In this document: one piece after another, positions 1 through 13,557 of the stretch
Numbering within the stretch: the stretch's first letter is position 1
Layout: each line of letters starts with the position of its first letter
From: Phoronis australis
Lineage: Eukaryota > Animalia > Phoronida
Direction: 5' to 3'
Assembly (NCBI GenBank): GCA_002633005.1
Contig: NMRA01000687.1
Coordinates: forward strand, 1-64,000
DNA length: 64,000 nucleotides
The notes under the pieces: model-generated
Databases searched by the model: none
What the model was told of the DNA's origin: nothing
Seen by the model: the letters and a program-made list of their open reading frames with translations, nothing else
Position numbers and translations under genes: made by a program

Positions 1-50
1 TGAACTATAGCCCCCCCCCCCCCACTAATTTCAGTGCTGAGCCGCCCATA
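1..50 (-). mobile_element. Terminus of a short GC-rich MITE family
   Basis: Reverse complement TATGGGCGGCTCAGCACTGAAATTAGTGGGG..GCTATAG matches 37896-38015 (CATGGGCGGTGCAGCACTGAAAAAAGTGGGGG..CTATAG). Confidence 0.5.
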
Positions 51-1971
51 TATTGCACTCGACTTACTCAGGTATAAAAATAACCAAAAGAAACACCTAT
101 TAGAAAGGACATAGTCAAGATATTAATCGAACGAGACTATGGAGAAAACGAGGCAGCTTTCATGGAAATACATGTGTACCAAACTTAGACATCAGAAGTG
201 CAATAATATTGCTTAAGGTGGCACGTACTGAATAGTTAGGTTGTGGCCGCGGTCAATTTGCACTGCCAAAATGTTAAAATATAGGGCTAGGCCAGGCTTG
301 GGGGCATTTTTCAATTAGGTATTGTGTGTAGGATAAGTGAATGTTTTTTGTTGTATTTGTGAACATGCTGGGAATGCCAAAAAGGCCAGTTTCTCGGCTG
401 TAGCTGCACTCTTCTTCAAGATGGTGGCCCCCTGTTGCAGTTGTGCATTGCTGTGTAGCACCTGAGAAATTGGCCGCGATTTCAGGTAGCCCTCAAACAA
501 GCCAGATTTGCAAAAAAAACTAGTTGGTTGACAGTACATGCATTTGTGAATAAGCTGAGAATAAATAGGCTACTTTCTCGGCTGTAGCGGCACTCTTCTT
601 CAAGATGGTGGTCCTAGGTTGCAATTGTGCATTGCTGGGAAGCAACTGAGAAATTGGCCGCGATTTCAGGTAGCTCTCAAACAAGCCAGATTTGCAAAAA
701 AAACTAGTTAGTTGACAGTACTTTTGGATCACATTTTCGGAATCTGTAGGAAATTTGCCTTCAGAATCTATTGTTGGTTTCAGTCATGCATCGGCAGAGA
801 AGTGGTGATTTTAGGGTGAAAAGTGCCGATTTAGCATTTTTTGCCCTTATGTTTCTTAGTTCAGCTTCGGTTTCCACTGAGAGTGAAATGGTCAAAAAAA
901 CAAGAGAGTACAAAGCTTCTGTGCTCATCTGAAGGGCTTCTGGTGCAAAATGACTCAAAATTGTTCTTTATTTGCATGCAGTTTTTGACCGAGTGAAGGA
1001 AGAGTGAAGAGTCCCTTGACGTGTGTTCTGATAGGCAAATCCCCATAAGAACTGTTCAGTGCCCCCTAATGAAAATTTGGGCAGGTCCGTATCGACTGAT
1101 GGACTAATGAAAAAATGGGCAGGTCCATATCGACTGATGACCAACTGAAAAAATGGACAGGTCCATATCGACTGATGGACTAATGAAAAAATGGACAGGT
1201 CCATATCAACTGATGGACTAAAAAAAAATGGGCAGGCCGTATCGACTGATAGACTAATAAGAAAATGAACAGGTCCATATCGACTGATGGCAATGAAAAA
1301 ATGAGCAGATCAGTTTTGACTAATGGCCTAATGATGAAGTGAGCAGGTCTGTATCGACCGATTGCCTAATGAAAAAATGGGCAGGTCCATATCAACTAAT
1401 GCCCTAATGAAAAAATGGGCAGGTCCGTATCGACTGATGGACTAATGAAAAAATGGGAAAGGTCCGTATCGACTGATGGACTAATAAAAAAAATGGACAG
1501 GTCCATATCGACTGATGGACTAATGAAAAAATGGGCAGGTCCGTATCGACTGATGACCTAATGGAAAAATGAGCAGGTCCGTATCGACTGATAGACTAAT
1601 AAGGAAATGGACAGGTCCATATCGACTGATGGACTCATGAAAAAATGGACAGGTTCATATTGACTGGTGGCCTAATGAAAAAATGAGCAGATCAGTTTTG
1701 ACTAATGGCCTAATGATGAAATGAGCAGGTCCGTATCGACCAATTGCCTAATGAAAGAATGGGCAGGTCCGTATTGACTAATGCCTGAATGAAAAAATGC
1801 GCAGGTCTGTATCGTCTTGTGGCCTAATAAAAATATGGACAGGTCCATATCGACTGATGGCCTAATGAAAAAACTGGCAGGTCCGTATCGACTGATGGCA
1901 TAATGTAAAAAATGGCAGGTCCGTTTTAACTAATGCGATAATGAAAATGCAGTTCCGTATCATCACGATTG

Positions 1972-2542
1972 TCTGCCGGGACCGCTTGCGCGCTAACGGT
2001 GCCGCAGTGCGATATCAGGGATATTGTCGTGGATATTTTGTACATGTAATAAGGACATCTTATGTGAAAAACAAACATTTTTGTCCACCACAATGTTTGG
2101 TAAGTTGATCGCTTAAGAATTAATAGAAACACCATTGTTTTGTGAAGTTTTATCACGTGTTAAGCAGTGACCCGAAACTTTCTTCGGCGAATCCGGGAAT
2201 TTACAAAAGTGGCCAAGAAAGTGTTAGCCAATGAAACGCGTCAAAGATCGATTCTGCATATCCCATGTTCACGCGACTGGCTTGCTTACAAGTCATCGGG
2301 AGGGCTGTTCTCGGTTAGTGTTCTTTTGAACTTGTATTTGGCAACAACCAAATAACGGTCGGATTAACAAGAACTGATTCGTATTTGACGGGTATCTGTT
2401 GAGAAATGTAAAAACTCAGCTCGCATTCGTTGGAAATTCCAGGTCGCATTTTGCGACTTTATACGAGCTGACAAAAATCTCAGCTCGCATTTTCAAATTT
2501 CAGGTCGCAAATGCGACCTGCAGCTCGTTATGTCGAGCCCTG
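1972..2542. mobile_element. hAT-like non-autonomous fragment inserted in the satellite
   Basis: Interrupts the 38-bp array and ends in GTCGAGCCCTG (complement of a CAGGGCTCGAC hAT-type TIR), with subterminal CAG(G/C)TCGCA repeats. Confidence 0.5.
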
Positions 2543-3516
2543 TAAATGTTTGGCACATTATCCTTTAGAACTACATATTGGCCTTAATGTCATTATTGTG
2601 TCGCCCTAATATTGAGGTGNATGGGCAGGTCCGTATCGACTGATAGACTAATAAGAAAATGGACGGGTCCATATCGACTGATGGACTCATGAAAAAATGG
2701 ACAGGTCCGTATCGACTGATGGCATAATGTAAAAAATGACAGGTCCGTTTTAACTAATGCGACAATGAAAATGCAGTTCCGTATCGAGTGATGGCCTAAT
2801 AAATAATTGGACATGTTCGTATCGACTGATGGTGTAAGGAAATAATTGTCAGCTCCGTTTTAACTAATGGCCTACTTAAAAAATGAACACGTCCGTTTTG
2901 ACTAACGGCCATCATATCCTAGGATGGCACTGATTAGTTATGCTGCACTCCCAAAATGTTAAAATTTTGGGGTAGGTCAAGTTTGGGGGCATTTTGTATG
3001 TGGGCATTGCATGTAGGCTCTGGTGAATGTGGTTTGTTTGCATTTGTGAATAAGCTGAGAATAAAAAGGCTACTTTCTCGGCTGTAGCGGCACTCTTCTT
3101 CAAGATGGTGGTCCCCGGTTGCAATTGTGCATTGCTGGGAAGCGACTGAGAAATTGGCCGCGATTTCAGGTAGCTCTCAAACAAGCCAGATTTGCAAAAA
3201 AAACTAGTTAGTTGACAGTACTTTTGGATCACATTTTCGGAATCTCTAGGGAATTTGCCTTCAGAATCTATTGTTGGTTTTAGTCATGCATCGGCAGAGA
3301 AGTGATTTTAGGGTGAAAAGTGCCGATTTACTATTTTTGCCCTTATGTTTCTTAGTTCAGCTTGGTTTCCACTGGGAGTGAAATGGTCAAAAATACAAGA
3401 GAGTACAAAGCTTCTGTGCTCATCTGAAGGGCTTCTGGTGCGAAATGACTCAAAACTGTTCTTTATTTGCATGCAGTTTTTGACCGAGTGANNNNNNNNN
3501 NNNNNNNNNNNNNNNN

Positions 3517-3954
3517 CGACGTTGGCAAACGGTCGCCTCTAAGTTGGTGCCACGTTGGCAAACGGTCGCCTCTAAGTTGGTGCGACGTTGGCAAACAGTT
3601 GCCTCTTAGTTGGTGCAACGTTGGCGAACAGCCGCCTCTACGTTGGTCCGACGTCGGTAAACAATCGCTTGCAGGGTGGTGGGACGTTGATAAGTGGTCG
3701 GAATTGAATTGGCGCGACGTCGGTAAAGGGTCGTATTTCCGCCGTCGGGCCCAGGTCGTACCGTCGTCGGTTATTAGTCGGCAGTCGGACCAACGTCGGG
3801 TCATCGGCGGCCCGACTGCGACGTTCTTACTACGTTGTTACAACGTTCATCCGATGGACAAAATCACGTTGGTCCGACGTCAGACACCAACGTTGGCCCG
3901 ACGTAACGTGAGTCGTCGGACCGACGTTGGACCACCGACAGCATGCTATCTGGG
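3517..3954. mobile_element. CpG-rich MITE with internal 33-bp repeats, inserted at a TA; left end lost in gap
   Basis: Repeats of CGACGTTGGCAAACGGTCGCCTCTAAGTTGGTG. Ends CATGCTATCTGGG, then TA, and the host unit resumes exactly at cagTActtttggatcac. Confidence 0.7.
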
Positions 3955-4806
3955 TACTTTTGGATCACATTTTCGGAATCTGTAGGTTAATTTGCCTTCA
4001 GAATCTATTGTTGGTTTTAGTCATGCATCGGCAGAGAAGTGGTGATTTTAGGGTGAAAAGTGCCGATTTAGCATTTTTTGCCCTTATGTTTCTTAGTTCA
4101 GCTTGGTTTCTACTGGGAGTGAAATGATCAAAAATACAAGAGAGTACAAAGCTTCTGTGCTCATCTGAAAGGCTTCTGGTGTGAAATGACTCAAAACTGT
4201 TCTTTATTTGCATGCAGTTTTTGACCGAGTGAAGGAAGAGTGAAGAGTCCGTTGACGTGTGTTCTGATAGGCAAATCCCCATGAGAACTGTTCAGTGCCC
4301 CCTAATGAAAATTTGGGCAGGTCCGTATCGACTGATGGACTAATGAAAAAATGGGCAGGTCCGTATCGACTGCTGGATTAAAGAAAAAATGGACAGGTCC
4401 ATATCGACTGATGACCTAATGAAAAAATGGACAGGTCCATATCGACTGATGGACTAATGAAAAAATGGACAGGTCCATGTCGACTGATGGACTAATGACG
4501 AAATGGGCAGGTCCGCATCGACTGATGACCTAATGAAAAAATGGGCAGGTCCGTATCGACTGATAGACTGATAAGAAAATGGACAGGTCCGTATCGACTG
4601 ATGGCATAATGTAAAAAATGGCAGGTCCGTTTTAACTAATGCGATATTGAAAATGCACAGTTACGTATCGAGTGATGGCCTTATGAAAAAATGGACATGT
4701 TCGTATTGACTGATGGCGTAATGAAATAATTGGCAGTTCCGTTTTAACTAATGGCCTACTTAAAAAATGGACATGTCCGTTTTGACTAACGACCATCATA
4801 ACCTAG

Positions 4807-5449
4807 GGTGGCACTGATTAGTTACGCTGCACTCCCAAAATATTAAAATTTTGGGGTAGGTCAAGTTTGGGGGCATTTTGTAGGTGGGAATTACATGTAG
4901 GCTCAGTGAATGTGGTTCCTTTGCATTTGTGAACATGCTGTGAATAAAAAGGCTACTTTCTCGGCTGTAGCGCCACTCTTCTTCAAGATGGTGGCCCCTG
5001 GTTCCAATTGTGCATTGCTGGCTAGCGACTGAGAACTTGGGTGCGATTTCAGGTAGCCCTCAATTAAGCCAGATTTGCAAAAAAAAACTAGTTAGTTGAC
5101 AGTAGTTTTGGATCACATTTTTGGAATCTGTAGGAAATTTGCCTTCAGAATCTATTCTTGGTTTTAGTCGTGCATCGGCAGAGAAGTGGTGATTTTAGGT
5201 TGAAAAGTGCCGATTCTGCATTTTTTACCCTTATATTTCTTAGTTCAGCTTGGTTTCCACTGGGAGTGAAATGGTCAAAAATACAAGAGAGTACAAAGCT
5301 TCTGTGCTCATCTGTAGGGCTTCTGGTGTGAAATGACTCAAAACTGTTCTTTATTTGCATGCAGTTTTTGACCGAGTGAAGGAAGAGTGAAGAGTCCATT
5401 TACGTGTGTTCTGATAGGCAAATCCCCATGAGTACTGTTAAGTGCCCCC
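4807..5449 (+). mobile_element. Representative Kolobok-like non-autonomous element (unit of the array)
   Basis: Ends are GGTGGCACTGA..TCAGTGCCCCC in most copies (10/11 inverted match; this copy ends TAAGTGCCCCC). The outermost copy at 213 keeps TTAA-GG, the Kolobok TSD/terminus signature. Confidence 0.5.
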
Positions 5450-8400
5450 TAATGAAAAAATGGGCAGGTCCGTATAGACTGATGGACTAATGAAAAAATG
5501 GGCAGGTCCGTATCGACTGATGGACTAATGGAAAAATGGACAGGTCCGTATCGACTGATGACCTAATGAAAAAATGGACAGGTCCGTATCAACTGATAGA
5601 CTAATAAGAAAATAAACAGGTCCATATCGACTGATGGCCTAGTGAAAAAATGAGCAGATCAGTTTTGACTAATGGCCTAATGATGAAATGAGCAGGTCCG
5701 TATCGACCGATTGCCTAATCAAAAAATGGGCACGTCCGTATTGACTAATGCGTGAATGAAAAAATGGGCACGTCTGTATCGACTTGTGGCCTAATAAAAA
5801 TATGGACAGGTCCATATCGACTGATGGCATGATGTAAAAAATGGCAGCTCCGTTTTAACTAATGCTATAATGAAAATGCACAGTTCCGTATCGAGTGATG
5901 GCCTAATAAAAAATGGACATGTTTGTATCGACTGATGGTGTAAGGAAATAATTGGCAGTTCCGTTTTAACTAATGGCCTACTTAAAAAATGGACATGTCC
6001 GTTTTGACTAACGGCCATCATAACCTAGGGTGGCACTGATTAGTTATGCTGCACTCCCAAAATATTAAAATTTTGGGGTAGGTCAAGTTTGGGGCCATTT
6101 TGTAGGTGGGCATTGAATGTAGGCTCAGTGAATGTGGTTCGTTTGCATTTGTGAACAAGCTGAGAATAAAAAGGCTACTTTCTCGGCTGTAGCGGCACTC
6201 TTCTTCAAGATGGTGGTGCCAGGTTGCAATTGTGCATTGCTGGGAAGCGACTGAGAAATTGGCCGTGGTTTCAGGTAGCTCTCAAACAAGCCAGATTTGC
6301 AAAAAAACTAGTTAGTTGACAGTACTTTTGGATCACATTTTCAGAATCTGTAGGGAATTTGCCTTCAGAATCTATTGTTGGTTTTAGTCTTGCATTGGCA
6401 GAGAAGTGGTGATTTTAGGGTGAAAAGTGCCGATTTAGCATTTTTTGCCCTTATGTTTCTTAGTTCATCTTGGTTTCCACTGGGAGTGAAATGGTCAAAA
6501 ATACAAGAGAGTACAAAGCTTCTGTGCTCATCTGAAGGGCTTCTGGTGCGAAATGACTCAGAACTGTTCTTTATTTGCATGCAGTTTTTGACCGAGTGAA
6601 GGAAGAGTGAAGAGTCCGTTGACGTGTGTTCTGATAGGCAAATCCGCATGAGAACTGTTCAGTGCCCCCTAATGAAAAAATGGGCAGGTCCGTATCGACT
6701 GATGGACTAATGAAAAAATGGGCAGGTCCGTATCGACTGCTGGATTAATGACAAAATGGACAGGTCCATATCGACTGATGACCTAATGAAAAAAAGGACA
6801 GGTCCATATCAACTGATGGACTAATGAAAAAATGGACAGGTCCATATCGACTGATGGACTAATGAAGAAATGGGCAGGTCCGCATCGACTGATGACCTAA
6901 TGAAAAAATGGGCAGGTCCGTATCGACTGATAGACTGATAAGAAAATGGACAGGTCCATATCGACTGATGACCTAATGAAAAAAGAGCAGATCAGTTTTG
7001 ACTAATGGCCTAATGATGAAATGAGCAGGTCCGTATTGACCGATTGCCTAATGAAAAATTGGGCAGGTCCGTATCGACTAATGCCCGAATGAAAAAATGC
7101 GCAGGTCCGTATCGACTGTTGGCCTAATAAAAATATGGACAGGTCCGTATCGACTCATGGCCTAATGAAAAAAAGGGCCATGTCCGTATCGACTGATGGC
7201 ATAATGTAAAAAATGGCAGGTCCGTTTTAACTAATGCGATATTGAAAATGCACAGTTACGTATCGAGTGATGGCCTTATGAAAAAATGGACATGTTCGTA
7301 TCGACTGATGGCGTAATGAAATAATTGGCAGTTCCGTTTTAACTAATGGCCTACTTAAAAAATGAACATGTCCGTTTTGACTAACGGCCATCATAACCTA
7401 GGGTGGCACTGATTAGTTACGCTGCACTCCCACAATATTAAAATTTTGGGGTAGGTCAAGTTTGGGGGCATTTTGTAGGTGGGAATTGCTTGTAGGCTCA
7501 GTGAATGTGGTTCCTTTGCATTTGTGAACATGCTGAGAATAAAAAGGCTACTTTCTCGGCTGTAGCGGCACTCTTCTTCAAGATGGTGGCCCCTGGTTGC
7601 AATTGTGCATTGCTGGGTAGCGACTGAGAAATTGGGTGCGATTTCAGGTAGCCCTCAATTAAGCCAGATTTGCAAAAAAAGTAGTTAGTTGACAGTAGTT
7701 TTGGATCACATTTTTGGAATCTGTAGGAAATTTGCCTTCAGAATCTATTCTTGGTTTTAGTCGTGCATCGGCAGAGAAGTGGTGATTTTAGGTTGAAAAG
7801 TGCCGATTTTGCATTTTTTGCCCTTATGTTTCTTAGTTCAGCTTGGTTTCCACTGGGAGTGAAATGGTCAAAAATACAAGAGAGTTCAAAGGTTCTGTGC
7901 TCATCTGTAGGGCTTCTGGTGTGAAATGACTGTTCTTTATTTGCATGCAGTTTTTGACCGAGTGAAGTAAGAGTGAAGAGTCCATTGACGTGTGTTCTGA
8001 TAGGCAAATCCCCACGAGAACTGTTCAATGCCCCCCATGAAAAAATGGGCAGGTCCGTATCGACTGATGGACTAATGAAAATTGGGTAGGTCCATAGCGA
8101 CTGATGGACTAATGAAAAAATGGACAGGTCCATATCGACTGATGACCTAATCAAAAAATGGACAGATCAATATCGACTGATGGACTAATGAAAAAATGGG
8201 CAGTTCCGTATCGACTGATGACCTAATGAAAAAATGGGCAGGTCCGTATTGACTGATGGACTAATAAGAAAATGGACAGGTCCATATCGACTGATGGACT
8301 CATGAAAAAAATGGACAGGTCCATGTCGACTGATGGCCTAATGAGAAAATGAGCGGTTCAGTTTTGACTAATGGGCTAATGAAAAAATGAGCAGGTCCGT

Positions 8401-9089
8401 ATCGACAGATTGCCTAATGAAAAATGGGCAGGTCCGTATCGACTAATGCCCGAATGAGAAAATGGGCCGGTCCGTATCGACTTGTGGCCTAATAAAAATA
8501 TGGACAGGTCCGTATCGACTGATGGCCTAATGAAAAAATGGGCAGGTCCGTATCGACTGATGGCATAATGAAAAAATGGGCAGGTACGTATCGACTGATG
8601 ACCTAATGAAAAAATGGGCAGGTCCGTATCGACTGATGGACTAATAAAAATGGACAGGTCCATATAGACTGATGGACTAATGAAAAAATGGACAGGTCCA
8701 TATCGACTGATAGCCTAATGAAAAAATGAGCATGTCAGTTTTGACTAATGGCCTAATGAAGAAATGAGTAGGTCCGTGTCGACCGATTTTTACATTTCAT
8801 AGTATACCCAGTGGGATTAGTGATCACAATCTTGTATTCACAGCGTATAAGACTTGTCGCCCTAGGTTTCCGCCATGCATCATTACCAAGCGTTCATATC
8901 GCACCTTCGATAACAAAGACTTTCTCAGAGATCTACAGGCGATTGATTGGGGCGGCGTTACCACCGCCGTTAACCCCAATTCCGCTTGGACGATTTTCAA
9001 GCAAAGTTTTATTGGAGTAATTAATAATACTGCCCTTGTAATCCAATTGTAATTAAAGGACAACTCACACGAGTGGTATAATGATAACC

Positions 9090-9382
9090 TCATAGCTCTC
9101 TCTCGCAAGAGAGATTACTTGAAGCGAAAAGCTCAGCTTACTCGAAATTCATCTTACTGGGGTATCTTTAAGAAAGCTATAAATAAGGTAATCAATGCTC
9201 TTAAACGGGCTAAGGGTGAGTATTACGACCAAGTTGTTAATGAAAACAAATCTAACGTTGAAACTCTCTGGAAAATCATTAAATCAATTTTACCTAACAA
9301 GTCTAAGTCTGTCGCAAAATTTCTAATTGGAAACGATGTTGTTTCGGACAAAGGTAAAATAGCAAATGCATTGGCTGAATAG
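9090..9382 (+). mobile_element. CR1/L2-type LINE ORF2 fragment (linker between endonuclease and RT)
   Basis: RKRDYLKRKA..WGIFKKAINKVINALKRAKGEYY..VNENKSNVETLWKIIKSILPNK..SDKGKIANAL is the typical CR1/L2 linker pattern. Confidence 0.75.
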
Positions 9383-10409
9383 ATGACCAGGCCATAAAAT
9401 GATACTTAGCCAAGACCAGTTAAATAAATCAACCTCTGCTTTTCTGGTTTATGCTAGCATTAAAATTCAAATTGCAATGTTTTCATTTCTGCCATCCTCA
9501 TAGGTTATTGGAAACAGGCAGACATTGGCAACAAAATATATTCCAGCATCACCTAGTCTTGCTGCAAAGCTGTATATAGCCATATTCACCCTAATAAGCG
9601 CCTCAGGCACAACGAAAAATCGTTTTAAGGGGAAGGGGCGCTTGTTGTAGCGTAAGGCGGTTGAAGATCAGTCTCCGAAACGAGTGACTACGGAAGCTAG
9701 GATTCATCAAAATTACGATCGAGGACGTATCTGTAACCTATGACAGTCTTTCTACAGAATTGTGGTGCATTGCTATCAAACTTCGTTGCTAAATTACGAT
9801 AATTAATTTTTAAAAAATATGCTGAAATCCCTGGGCAAAACTTGACGACTGATGAGTCGCTGCCTCGCGATCGTTGATTGGGCAANCAAATGCATTGGCT
9901 GAATAGATGACCAGGCCATAAAATGATACTTAGCCAAGACCAGTTAAATAAATCAACCTCTGATTTTCTGGATTATGCTAGCATTAAAATTCAAATTGCA
10001 ATGTTTTCATTTCTGCCATCCTCATAGGTTAGTGGAAACAGGCAGACATTGGCAACAAAATATATTGCAGCATCACCTAGTCTTGCTGCAAAGCTGTATA
10101 TAGCCATATTCACCCTAATAAGCGCCTCAGGCACAACGAAAAATCGTTTTAAGGGGAAGGGGCGCTTGTTGTAGCGTAAGGCGGTTGAAGATCAGTCTCC
10201 GAAACGAGTGAATACGGAAGCTAGGATTCATCAAAATTACGATCGAGGACGTATCTGTAACCTATGACCGTCTTTTTACAGAATTGTGGTGCATTGCTAT
10301 CAAACTTCGTTGCTAAATTACGATCATTAATTTTTTAAAAATATCCTGAAATCCCTGGGCAAAACTTGACGACTGATGAGTCGCTGCCTCGCGATCGTTG
10401 ATTGGGCAA
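9363..10409 (+). repeat. ~523-bp tandem duplication joined at a single N (likely haplotype or assembly duplication)
   Basis: 9363-9885 is nearly identical to 9887-10409, with N at 9886. Confidence 0.9.
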
Positions 10410-11135
10410 ACTGAGTTCTTGAATAAAAATAAAATTTTGATTCAACATATTTAGTTATCTGAGATGCTTAAGTTTTCCAATTTAAGCGTCCCTAGGATTT
10501 TTAAGCTCCTGTGGAGTCGGGATTAACTACAGTTTAAGTCCAAATGTGCGCTACATTTGCGCAGTTTATTTCTTTTATCTATTTCAGCCTTGCGGTAATT
10601 TTGTTGTTAAACCATGTTTTGTTCTTTTTTATTGTTTTCATGGTTGATGGGATATTGTTATCTAGTATCTTGTAGTGACTCAAGTAATAAAATATGTACA
10701 AAAGTGCAAATATCTTGACAGCCAAAGTGAAGATTTGAAATCTCTGGACAGTTTTGGTTGCACTGACTACAAAACTAGGCTAGGTTTTTGGCAGTCGTGG
10801 TAATATAGAATGGGCACATGTTAAATACTAACAGTTTCCTGGTGAAAAACCTAGTTAAATGAAATTGAAAGTATATCAAGAGAATAATTCATGTGATATT
10901 GTTAGCTTTGATTAGTGTTTGTAAATCCGCTGAGTATATCAATACGCACGGTCATTTATCTTCATTGTTACCCAATATTTGTAGTTTTTAGCTTATTATT
11001 AGTTCATCGATTTTTCACAGTCTTGAACCTTGGTGGTTTTTCTAGCTGAATACCACCGTGGTGTTCGTTCTTAACGAAAAATTTTGGTTAATGCATTCTG
11101 AAAATTCATCATTATGTTCAGGTAGAGGTGTTTAA

Positions 11136-13043
11136 GGTAGGTGGATACACAAAAAAAATTAATTTTGACATTTTAATGTCATCCTAATCTTCAATTCTTG
11201 ATGCACAGTATACTGAAGAAAAATAAAATCATTCTGAACATCCAAAGTTGATTTTTAGCTATATTTGACCAAGCCTCAGTAAGTCATATGGCTTGAGTGC
11301 TCACTAGCTCAGTGACTGACAACTGGGGCGGAGCTTATATACAAGGACACTATCTCTTATCTAACCCTGTCAACAAACATTGCGTAACCGGGCAATCGAG
11401 AGTGCTGTACCAGCTGATATTGGTGTTGTAGCAAGACCAACAATAAATTCTATTTTTGACCATGTGAAAGTTGGGTAGTGAAATGGTGAACTAGCTCCTG
11501 TTCCGAGCCTGAGCCTGTTTGTCTATCTGCAAAAAATTAAGTCACTGCACTCAGCTTGAGGAGTGCAGAAATTGTGCATGCATAAGAAAAGTCGGTAATA
11601 TAAGGTAAAGTGTCTTGCGAAGGGACGCTGAGCGTCGACGTGGGTGGTGTTGCAGGATTCGGTGAGAGTGCATGCACGCGCTGTGAAGACAAGCCGCGCG
11701 CGCGACACATGGACAACTACATGCCATCAGAGTAGAGTTTTCGCAGATAAACCGTACTTCTGTGCTGGGAACGCGCCGTGGAGAAACTAGGTTGTCAAAC
11801 CCAGAGGATTTTTTAACTTTCCACTGGCCGTAACCCAAAGAATTAGAGAAATGACCCAGTGTTCAACATAACGAAATTTTTCTAGTGCATAGATTCAAAC
11901 GTAACCCTGAATTAAAACCCATGATATTATACGATTTTAGATTAAGGCAATGTAAGAAACTTTAGTAACTTGAGAATCTCACCCAAGCGACGCTATTTGC
12001 GCAGAAAGTGATATTTTCTTATCCCAAAGTCCATTCGGTACAGGCACGTAAAAATGCTGAACCATTACTATGAAAGTAGATCCTCGTCGCCAATATTGTT
12101 ATGTAGACAGTAACGCGGCGATTTGATATAACACATATATTGGTTGATGATAATATTGGAATACTAACAAATAGTCTGTGTCATATAGTTAGAGAGTCTT
12201 TTACTACACAGAGTGGAGAGTTCAGATGAATCGTATAAACAATCAACACATGGTTTTAATGTGTGGTCGGCACACCAGTACAGCAGACAATAGATCAACG
12301 CTAAGCTCCGCCCACGTGACAGCCTTATTTGTTTTGGTCGTCTGTCGTGCTTCACAATTTCGAAAAAATGATTAAAATTACGCTGTAAACAAACAGGTAT
12401 GTCACATTTCCTAAACATAAAGTAAATATTAGCTTTATTTCTAGTACTTCAACAAAAATTGGAACATAATGACCACGCATTCTGAACGAAATTTGAGCTC
12501 AAGTGGCAATCAATGACCGCTTAACTTCAAAGCCGTTTTTCTCGGCTCGTGATTTCAGGATAGTGACAAGATTCTTGGGCCTATTTTTCCACAACACGTA
12601 CGTCAATTTTTACGAAATTTGCAAATTTGAAATCCTAGGACTGAAGTAAAGTTGCGTGCCAGGGTTTATCGATTAATGGACCAGATTTTAATTATTAGAC
12701 GGAAAGTGACCAAATGACAAAAAGGGGCGTGCTTGCCCCAACTCAAACACAAAAAATGCCACAAAATCAAGATGATAATTATTTTGTACATATATTTGGT
12801 ATGGAAAAGTAGAATATTGCGTAAGGAAACAGTTGATTATGATCCCTGTGCATTTTGAAAAAAAAAATCGAGGTAAAATTGGATTTTTTGAAAATTAAAA
12901 AATATGATTTTTAAAAAAATGAACTACAAAAAAACTTTTTTTTCGATTTTTGTCACTTTCAGAGTAATGTCTAACTAGTTAAAACTCCCTTTTTACTCAT
13001 TTTAGTTAGGAACCTGGAGATTTGACCAGTGTATACACCTACC
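11136..13043. mobile_element. Kolobok-type non-autonomous DNA transposon, ~1.9 kb
   Basis: TTAA|GGTAGGTGGATACAC ... GTGTATACACCTACC|TTAA: 14/15 TIR match, TTAA TSD and GG terminus. No transposase ORF seen inside. Confidence 0.85.
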
Positions 13044-13557
13044 TTAATACAGTTTATGGTCAGATGATTAAACACTTAATTGGGTCCTGCTGGCAGCACC
13101 CAACAATGCATTCAGCACAACTGTATTGGACTCCAGTGCTAGCCTCTCTTTTATTCTGGTAATAGCCGATCAGGAAGGACCAGGGGTGGAAATGAGTGAC
13201 TTCCTTGTAAGCGTTTTATTCGCTGTATGTATATCGAACAGATGTTGGTCAAGTTGTTCATATCAATGTTTTGTCATAGATTTAACTTGTGTTTTTGCTA
13301 AATTTTACTTAAGAGACATGTTCCCTAGAACCAATTAATATCAGTTACCTTTAAGGTCAAATTCTGCAAGCTTGGTGCTCATATTTTCAGAAAATATGTA
13401 ATTTTAGTGAGTGAACATCTATACTTAAATACAAATTTGGCTTAATATTGCGGCAAGTCCATAAGGGCCTACATAACAGGTTGTGTACTTAGTTTCTTTC
13501 CTTTCACAATCAATTTTAGGGAATTTAATATACATGTAAATGGTAGTTGTCCTGCAG

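Larger units (their letters stand above)
213..8790 (+). repeat. Higher-order tandem array: ~645-bp MITE-like unit alternating with blocks of a 38-bp satellite
   Basis: Unique unit recurs at ~217-1067, 2920-3490, 3955-4302, 4807-5449, 6029-6669 and 7402-8037. Between copies lie blocks of monomer AATGAAAAAATGGGCAGGTCCGTATCGACTGATGGACT (period 38, e.g. 1406 to 1444). Confidence 0.95.

Noticed and set aside
315-8663. Many recurring 60-170 aa ORFs (e.g. MGICLSEHTS.., MIQKYCQLTS..)
   Set aside because: They are by-products of the tandem array; stops and frameshifts vary between copies, and no recognisable domain is present.
1068-8790. CRISPR-like appearance of the short regular repeats
   Set aside because: Monomers are contiguous with no unique spacers, there are no cas genes, and the context is a spliced eukaryotic genome.
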